Positions 5,902 through 12,314 of a stretch of 12,314 nucleotides of DNA are shown piece after piece. The position numbers were made by a program, and so were the translations under genes. The notes under the pieces were generated by a model, which ran no database searches, was not told where the DNA came from, and saw only the letters and a program-made list of their open reading frames with translations. Where the stretch lies: NCBI GenBank assembly GCA_963726245.1, contig CAVSBT010000002.1:1-12314 (forward strand), read 5' to 3'. How positions within the stretch are numbered: the stretch's first letter is position 1; each line of letters begins with the position of its first letter. This stretch comes from an uncultured Chloroflexia bacterium. Lineage in GTDB: Bacteria; Chloroflexota; Dehalococcoidia; DSTF01; JALHUB01.

Positions 5902-7005
5902 ATGACTAAGGAAGAGGGCTGGGTTTCGAGCAGATACTCTCCGGAGGATGCCCAGGATTCCTTGCAGCTTCTACGCAAGACCTCGGGCGACATCGAGGCC
6001 GCCTCCCCGGCCTATCAAGAATGGCAGTACCAGCGAAACCCTGCGGGCCCGGCTATCGCCACCCTGGCGCGAGAAGCGGAAACGGGCCGGCTCATCGGCC
6101 AGGTGGTAACAACCCCTGTCAGAGTAAGGCTTTCGGGCAAGGTGCGCGTCGCCAGCCTTTCGCTGGACCCGGTGATTGATCCTGCCTACCAGGGCCGCGG
6201 CGTCCTCGCCGGACTGTTGAAGGATGTCTGCGCTCTGTCGGCAGAGGAGGGCATCGCCTTCACCTACGGCTTCCCCAACCAGGCTTCCTATTCGACATTC
6301 GTGAACAAGGCTGGGTTCAGGAACATAGGGTCGGTTCCTCTCCTCGTCAGGCCCTTGAACCCGGAGCGCCTCGCCATGAAGACAACGCACAGTCGCGTTC
6401 TAGCGAAGACGGCCTCCGTCGCCAGGCGCGTGTGGCGCACCCCTCCGCCGATGCCGCCGCAGAAGGCCGTGCCCGGCCTGGAGATAGGGGAGGTCGATTC
6501 CTTCGATAGCTCCTTCGTCCTCTTCTGGGACAGGGTCCAGCACCGATTCCCCGTCATGGTGGTCAGGGACCCCTCCTACCTCAACTGGCGCTTCGCGGGC
6601 GTGCCTACTAGAGAGTACACGACCTTCGTCGCCAGGTCGGAGGATGAGATACGAGGCTTCATCGTCCTTCGCGCCGCGCCGCTGGGTCAGTTCTCCGCGG
6701 GCCTCATCGTGGAGCTGGTAGTGGAGGCCAGCGCCGAGGGGCGCGCGGCGGGCCGCCTCTTGATTGACAAGGCGTACTCCTACTTTGAAGACCAGGACCT
6801 AGACATCCTTGCCAGCCTGGCTCTGCGACATACGGATGAGTTCCGACTCCTCCGGTCGAGGGGCTTCTGGGTAGCTCCCAAGTTTCTGGAGCCCCGGCCC
6901 TTCCGTCTTGTTGTGCGCTGCCACGACGAAGAGCGCAGCCCCAGCCGTCTGGCCTACGACCTCAGGAACTGGTTCGTGACGATGGGGGACTACGAGGCGG
7001 GGTAG
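5902..7005 (+). CDS. GNAT family N-acetyltransferase (tandem GNAT folds)
   Basis: 367-aa ORF with WQYQRNPAG, acetyl-CoA motif IDPAYQGRGV, YGFPN, VVRDPSYLNWRF and C-terminal WFVTMGD. Confidence 0.9.
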   Translation: MTKEEGWVSSRYSPEDAQDSLQLLRKTSGDIEAASPAYQEWQYQRNPAGPAIATLAREAETGRLIGQVVTTPVRVRLSGKVRVASLSLDPVIDPAYQGRGVLAGLLKDVCALSAEEGIAFTYGFPNQASYSTFVNKAGFRNIGSVPLLVRPLNPERLAMKTTHSRVLAKTASVARRVWRTPPPMPPQKAVPGLEIGEVDSFDSSFVLFWDRVQHRFPVMVVRDPSYLNWRFAGVPTREYTTFVARSEDEIRGFIVLRAAPLGQFSAGLIVELVVEASAEGRAAGRLLIDKAYSYFEDQDLDILASLALRHTDEFRLLRSRGFWVAPKFLEPRPFRLVVRCHDEERSPSRLAYDLRNWFVTMGDYEAG

Positions 7006-9043
7006 GCAGGGCTGCTGAGACTCGAGGCTTCGGCGGGCACTGTTACTAGCACACGGGTCCCTGCGCCCGGTTCTGAGTGTACAGCTAGGGTTCCCCCAAG
7101 CAGCCGAACTCGCTCTTGCATTCCTATTATGCCGAGCTTGCCGGACGCAGCCAGGTCGCTTGTGCTCCTCGGTAGCTCAAAACCGTCGCCGTTGTCCGCG
7201 ACTATCATGGTGATCCCGCCGCCTCTGAAGTCCACCGTGACTTCAACTGCGGACGCACCCGAGTGCTTTCTAACGTTGTTCAGCGCCTCCTGAGCAATGC
7301 GGAACAGGGCCAGCTCCGCCTCATCCGGGAGGCGATGCTGCTCACCCAACACCCTGATGTTTGCCGCTACGCTGTGCTGTTCTTCCAGAGCTGTCGCAAG
7401 CCATTTCAGCGCTGGCAGCAAGCCCAGATCATCAAGGACAGGCGGACGTAGGTCCCGGCTGAAGCGGCGTACACCTTCCAGTATCCTGTCGCTCTGCTCA
7501 CGGAGCTCCTCAAGACGCTCCGGGATCTCCTTCGGCAACTGGTTTCCGCTGGAGGCCAGCGTGTCAACGAGCATATCAAGACGACGAGAGAGTCCAGTGA
7601 GGGCCTGCGCGGTGTCATCATGAAGCTCGCGGGCGATGCGCAGCCGCTCACCCTCCTGAGCCTTGAGAACCTGTGAGATGTAGAAACGCAGGTTCTCTTG
7701 CATTCGCCGCTGCTCGGTCACATCTCTCACGATCGCCTGGACGCCTACGGGCTGCTCGCCTCGAATGATCAAGCTGGGCATGAGCTCCACGATGGCCTCG
7801 CGTCCCGTCTCGCTTGGTCAACCCGAGCTCGAAGGGACCCTCGACGGCCTCGCCGTTGAGTTGCCTCCTGACAATCTCCTTCACAGTCTCTCGGCCTTGC
7901 CCCGAGAGGAACCTGCCGATATCCATCCTGGCCATTTCCGCACGACCATAGCCAGTAAGCTTCTCACAGGCGCTGTTGGCCGCGATGATCTTGCCGTCCA
8001 GGTCGTGAACAAAGATTGCTTCCGTAGCGTTCTCAAAAAGGCCTCGATAGTTCTCTTCCGATTGCCGAAGCTGCTCAGCGGTTTCTCGCTCCTTCTGGTA
8101 AAGGCGGGCATTCTCAATGGCGACGCCAATCGCGTTGCCGATGGCGTTCAGCACCTCTATCTCGTCGGCACTGAACTCCCTCAGGCTGCGTGTGGCCGCG
8201 CACAGAGTGCCCATCACCCTGCCTTTCGACTTCAGGGGCACGATGAGCTGCGTCTGGATCTCGCCTAGTCCTCCCACGCCGCTGTACAGTGCCAGCTCGC
8301 CAGAGACGTCTCTGATTGCCAATGGTTCTCCCGTTTGGGCGACGCGCCCATTGAAACCCTCGCCCACCTTGATCGGTTTGATGGCAGCCGCGGACTCGTC
8401 CGCTATGCCGTGATAGGCTTCGAGAGTTAGCTCGCCAGCCTCCTCCTGAAGGAGGAACAGCAAACATATCTCTACGCCCATCACATCGCTGACCTTGTTC
8501 ATGGCAAGGCCCAGGATGTCCCGCAGCTCCAGAGACTCGGTAACAACGCCCAAGACGGCATTGATGGCAGAGAGCCGCCTCTCCTCATTCTCGATAGCCT
8601 GGATGTGTGATTGGAGCTCCCCCTGAGCCCATTCCAGCGATGCAATGGTCTGCTTGTGTCGCGCCTTCTCCTTGTTCTGCACGTCTATCAGCCAGCTTAC
8701 AAAGGCGCCGATGAAGAGGAAGGCGGCAACCTCAATTGCGGCCTCTTCGGCCTCCGAGGATACCAGGAAGACGCGGGGCAACAGGAGCGCAGCAATCACG
8801 GAGGAGGCCAGGAGGCCTCCCGGCAGCCCGAAGACAAAGGCGGCATAGGCTACGGGCAGAATGGAGAGTATCCGGTGCACGGAGTGTCGGGCGAAGTCGA
8901 GTCGAAGGCTTTGTTTCCACCGAGTCTATCAAAGGGATGTGGTCTGCATAATAGAAGACTGTCCCGCAGGTCATGATGGCCAGTATGACCCAGAAGTGCG
9001 GCTCTTTCAGAACTTCAAACGGCTGTCTTCGTGAAGAAGCCAA
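6990..9043 (-). CDS. Membrane sensor histidine kinase (TM-GAF-PAS-HisKA_3-HATPase, NarX/LiaS-like); frameshifts near 8910 and 7800
   Basis: Joins ORFs 8732..9043, 7648..8880 and 6990..7790: TM helices, GAF (GEGFNGRVAQTGEP...AIENARLY), PAS (LFENATEAIFVHD...VRDVTE), H-box ERLRIARELHDDTAQ, EALNNVRKHS, DNGDGF, GIIGMQERV. Confidence 0.9.
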
Positions 9044-9091
9044 TCTTTCGATGCCCCTTCCTCCCCCAATACCCCAGGCTGAGTCAATGCC

Positions 9092-9757
9092 CTAGGGTAT
9101 GTTCTCCAAAGAAAGCCAGCCTTCCTTCAGCGCACGTAGCACGGCCTCAGTGCGTGAGCTAACCCCGAGCTTGTCAAAGATGCGGCCCAGATGAGATTGG
9201 ACGGTACGCACGCTGAGGGCAAGTTGTGCGGCGATCTCCTTGTTGCTCAGGCCTTTGGCCGCTAGCTTGAGCACTTCAAGTTCTCGCTCGCTAAGGTAGT
9301 CACCCGCGCTTTCAACGCGGTGTCCGTGACTCAGGGACGAAAACCACTGCACGACCTTGCGGGCCACGTGCGGGTCAAGCACTACCTCGCCAGCGCACAC
9401 ATCCCGGATGGCATCAACCAGTTGCTGGCCACGCACGTTCTTCAGCAGGTAACCATCGGCGCCCGCTTCCAGGACGGCGTAGATGTACTGATCGTCGTCA
9501 TAGGCGCTGAGTACCAGTACTGCCGTACCCGGCTGCATCTTCTTGATCTGTTTGGCCGCTTCAATGCCGTTGAGGTTCGGCATAGCGATGTCGACTATCG
9601 CCACATTGGGCTTCAACTGGTTAACCAGCCTAACGGCTTCCTCGCCGTCAGCGGCCTCCCCGACGACCTCGAAGTCCTCCTCACGCTCCAGGCGTTCGCG
9701 GGTCCCTTCTCGAACAAGCGTGTGGTCGTCAGCAATAAGGATGCCGATCTTGTCCAT
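9092..9757 (-). CDS. NarL/LuxR-family response regulator
   Basis: REC domain (ADDH, phospho-acceptor D in DIAMP, YLLK) plus LuxR HTH (LSERELEVLKL..GLSNKEIA..L.LSVRTV..H...KLGV.SRTEA); lies directly upstream of the kinase. Confidence 0.97.
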   Translation of the reverse strand: MDKIGILIADDHTLVREGTRERLEREEDFEVVGEAADGEEAVRLVNQLKPNVAIVDIAMPNLNGIEAAKQIKKMQPGTAVLVLSAYDDDQYIYAVLEAGADGYLLKNVRGQQLVDAIRDVCAGEVVLDPHVARKVVQWFSSLSHGHRVESAGDYLSERELEVLKLAAKGLSNKEIAAQLALSVRTVQSHLGRIFDKLGVSSRTEAVLRALKEGWLSLENIP

Positions 9758-9835
9758 GTCATCCTCTTCCTGCGCCGTCTGCGACAGCCGCCTCTACCCC
9801 TCACGGCACCCGATCCGTGGGCCCTTCACCTGTTG

Positions 9836-9844
9836 ATCTTATCA
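9836..9844 (-). promoter_or_regulatory. Extended -10 box for the response regulator/kinase operon
   Basis: Minus strand TG-A-TAAGAT about 80 nt upstream of ATG 9757. Confidence 0.5.
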
Positions 9845-9932
9845 CAAGACGGCGCCTACGCCTGCCGCCCTTCCCCTCAGAGCCGGCCAGTCCCACCCCT
9901 CATGACCAGCCCTAGCCAGCGTCGCAGAGGCG

Positions 9933-9958
9933 AGAACTAGAGAGAAATGCCTAGTTCT
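9933..9958. promoter_or_regulatory. Candidate operator (8-bp perfect inverted repeat)
   Basis: AGAACTAG-N10-CTAGTTCT in the divergent intergenic region. Confidence 0.4.
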
Positions 9959-10190
9959 TCTGACGCAGCGTTGCGACATGTGCGCGAAAAGGGGGCCATA
10001 TGGCTGCATCAACCCTCCGCCCGTTTGTCGAACCTCCGCTCGTTTTCGAGGCGTCAAATGCCTAACAAGGACGGCTTCGGCGGCGGACGACAGCACCGGC
10101 GCGGCACAGTAGGCTTGAGACGCAGGAGCAGAAAGCTCAGCGGATTGTCAAAGCTCCGGCTGGAACCGACAGGGAATGGGGGCGATAGAG

Positions 10191-10793
10191 ATGACAATGA
10201 CAGGCTTCGAAACAAGGCTTCGGACCACAGTGGAGAAGGGAGGGAATGGTAGCTCCGCCTATCTCTATCCGCCGCGAAGGATGAGGGCGGTAGGCTACGT
10301 GAGGCAGGGCTTCGATGAGATGGGCAAGAAGGGGACCAGCCCCGAAGGCCAGAAGGCAAGGGTGGCTGGGTGTGCCGACTCCCACGAATGGCATCTCATC
10401 CACACCTATGAAGACATTGGCTGGTCGGGAGAGGACCTGGACAGGCCGGGCCTGCTGGCGCTGCTCTCCGACCTGGACTTCGAGATCCTGATAGTGGACA
10501 GGACGGACCGCCTGACCTGCAAGAAGAAGGACCTGGACTTCCTCCTGGCTCTCCTTGAGAAGCACGGCGTCACTTGCGTGCCTGCCACCTGGTCGTGGGA
10601 GCCCCTGGCCCAGTACATGAGGTGGTGGTACCGCCTGCGGGCCAGTCCCGTGTACGCAGTGCTCGACTCTCCCCTGCGGAGGGTGAGCCGAGCCCAGCCA
10701 GAGGACGTCCGGTGGCGAGCATGGTGGGAAGCCCGACCTGAGAGGGATCCTACTCAAGGGGGGACAGTCAAGGGACTGCAGGGTGGATTGTAG
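10191..10793 (+). CDS. Serine recombinase (resolvase) N-terminal-domain protein lacking the catalytic Ser
   Basis: RAVGYVRQG...SPEGQ...YEDIGWSG..LDRPGL..LL...ILIVDRTDRL; no HTH or recombinase C-terminal domain. Start uncertain (10176, 10191 or 10281). Confidence 0.85.
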   Translation: MTMTGFETRLRTTVEKGGNGSSAYLYPPRRMRAVGYVRQGFDEMGKKGTSPEGQKARVAGCADSHEWHLIHTYEDIGWSGEDLDRPGLLALLSDLDFEILIVDRTDRLTCKKKDLDFLLALLEKHGVTCVPATWSWEPLAQYMRWWYRLRASPVYAVLDSPLRRVSRAQPEDVRWRAWWEARPERDPTQGGTVKGLQGGL

Positions 10794-10811
10794 GGTGCAA
10801 AGGAGAAGCCA

Positions 10812-12314
10812 ATGGCCTCGAGGGAGATTTTTTGGAACATCCAGCTCGGGGGGATTGTCTATCTCCTGGGGTTCATACTAGCAGCCGTCGTCTGCTACGG
10901 GTTGTACCGTCGCCTTCGGCTCTGGCGGCTCGGCAGCGAGGACGACAGGCTGAGCAACCTGGGGAGTAGAATACGGGCCTTCGTCGTCACCATGGCCGAC
11001 GGCTTATGGCACCGACGTATCGTACGCGATCGCTATGCGGGGCTGATGCACCTCCTGATCTTCGGTGGATTCGGCCTCCTCATGATGGGACCGTTCCTGG
11101 ACTTTGTGAGCGAGCACGTCGTCCACTTCATGAAAGGCAACGTCTATCTAGGGGTCCACCTGGTCCTGAACGTGGGCGGGCTGCTCGTCCTGGCCGGCGT
11201 TGGCATGGCCGCCTACCGCAGGTACGTCATCAGGCCCGCGAAACTGGACAACGTGCTGGACGATGCCGTCACCCTGACGTTGCTTGCCGTGATCATCGTC
11301 ACCGGCTTCGCGGTGCAGGGCCTGCGAATCGCCGCCACGCAACTGGACACCCATCCTGATTGGGCAGCATGGACGCCTGTGAGCTTCGTCCTTGCCGAGG
11401 CGTTCAGCCGCCTGGGAGACAACGTGATCCTGCCGCTGCACAGAGGGCTGTGGTGGGGCCACATGTTGATATCGCTTGGGACCATTGCCTACGTCTTCGT
11501 CGGTTCCTCAAGACTGGACCACATCTTTGCCTCGCCGCTGAACATGTTCTTCAAGTCTCTGGACGGAAAGGGCGTCCTCAAGCCCATCGAGATCACGGAG
11601 ACCGTTGAGACCTTTGGGGCGTCCAGGATCCAGGACCTGACCTGGAAAGACCTGCTCGACCTCGACGCCTGCACCCGGTGCGGGAGATGCCAGGAGGTTT
11701 GCCCCTCCTTTCTCACCGGGAAGCCGCTCTCGCCCAAGAAGCTAATCCAGGAGCTCAAGGCTCACCTGGTCGAGCAGGGGCCCGCGCTGCTCCGAGGCAA
11801 AGGTGACGGAGAGGCAAGTCCAGACGTTGCCTGTCCAGCCCTGGTTGATGGCGTGGTGACCGAAGACGAGCTGTGGGCATGCACCACCTGTGCGGCCTGC
11901 GAGGAAGCATGTCCCGTTTTCGTGGAGCCCATCAGCAAGATCATTGCCATGCGTCGCAACCTGGTGCTGGAACAAGGCAAGATCCCCGGCACCGCCATGT
12001 CCAGCTTGAGATCAGTCCAGGACAGGGGACACCCCTGGAAGGGAGCGCTGGCCTCAAGGATGGATTGGACTTCCGGCCTGCACATGAAGCCGCTCTCCAG
12101 CAATGGCGCTGCTGGTCTCCTCTTCTGGGTGGGCTGCACAGCAGCCGTCCAGGAGCGGGGCATGAACATACCCGTCTCCCTGGTGAAGATCCTGAGCACG
12201 GCAGGTGTGGACGTCGGCTTGCTGGGCCACGAGGAATCGTGTTGCGGCCACTTCGCACGCCGTCTCGGTGACGAGTACCTGTTCCAATGCCAGGCCAAGC
12301 AGAACATCGAGACT
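10812..12314 (+). CDS. Membrane-bound heterodisulfide-reductase-related Fe-S oxidoreductase (FadF/HdrD-like: NarI-type TM domain, 2x 4Fe-4S, CCG); 3' end outside the window
   Basis: RBS AGGAG, ATG 10812, 501 open codons (MASREIFWNI...). TM region with conserved His residues, CTRCGRCQEVCP, CTTCAACEEACP, FWVGC and EESCCG. Missing from the ORF track because it has no stop in the window. Confidence 0.93.
   Translation, partial: MASREIFWNIQLGGIVYLLGFILAAVVCYGLYRRLRLWRLGSEDDRLSNLGSRIRAFVVTMADGLWHRRIVRDRYAGLMHLLIFGGFGLLMMGPFLDFVSEHVVHFMKGNVYLGVHLVLNVGGLLVLAGVGMAAYRRYVIRPAKLDNVLDDAVTLTLLAVIIVTGFAVQGLRIAATQLDTHPDWAAWTPVSFVLAEAFSRLGDNVILPLHRGLWWGHMLISLGTIAYVFVGSSRLDHIFASPLNMFFKSLDGKGVLKPIEITETVETFGASRIQDLTWKDLLDLDACTRCGRCQEVCPSFLTGKPLSPKKLIQELKAHLVEQGPALLRGKGDGEASPDVACPALVDGVVTEDELWACTTCAACEEACPVFVEPISKIIAMRRNLVLEQGKIPGTAMSSLRSVQDRGHPWKGALASRMDWTSGLHMKPLSSNGAAGLLFWVGCTAAVQERGMNIPVSLVKILSTAGVDVGLLGHEESCCGHFARRLGDEYLFQCQAKQNIET

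Noticed and set aside
5681-5905. 74-aa ORF whose stop overlaps the GNAT start (ATGA)
   Set aside because: No convincing RBS, low-complexity Pro/Ala product, and it coincides with the structured leader; it cannot be fully excluded as a leader peptide.
10191-10793. Resolvase-like gene as the cassette recombinase
   Set aside because: It lacks the catalytic Ser and a DNA-binding domain, lies 5 kb away in a metabolic operon, and the 7-nt anticodon-loop junction fits a tyrosine integrase better.
11006-12307. Many short ORFs listed on both strands
   Set aside because: They are shadow ORFs of the single Fe-S oxidoreductase frame starting at 10812.

Overview
GC-rich bacterial window; gene content (DUF3090, small CxxC zinc-ribbon proteins, an 'LxxGCNNISL'-type secreted domain, a FadF/HdrD-like oxidoreductase) suggests Chloroflexota/Dehalococcoidia (inference). 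Left part: two small Zn-ribbon genes, a degenerate HD-GYP protein, DUF3090 and tRNA-Ala(CGC). Middle (2602-5318), the main find: the 5' half of tRNA-Arg(CCT) occurs three times and breaks exactly after the 7-nt anticodon loop (TTCCTAA) in the first two copies. Each truncated copy is followed by a conserved ~170-bp arm, a single unrelated exported-protein gene, and a conserved ~47-bp promoter arm fused to the next tRNA 5' half; only the last copy is a complete tRNA. This reads as a tandem array of two integrase-less, single-gene cassettes (1396 and 1244 bp) that insert in the tRNA anticodon loop and restore the tRNA from the 5' side with their own promoter. Right part: a promoter with a structured leader, a GNAT acetyltransferase, a NarX/NarL-type two-component pair, a serine-resolvase-domain gene lacking its catalytic Ser, and the 5' part of a membrane-bound FadF/HdrD-like Fe-S oxidoreductase. 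Several genes carry 1-bp frameshifts, mostly in homopolymers, so the sequence is probably an error-prone long-read assembly and single-base claims need read-level checking.
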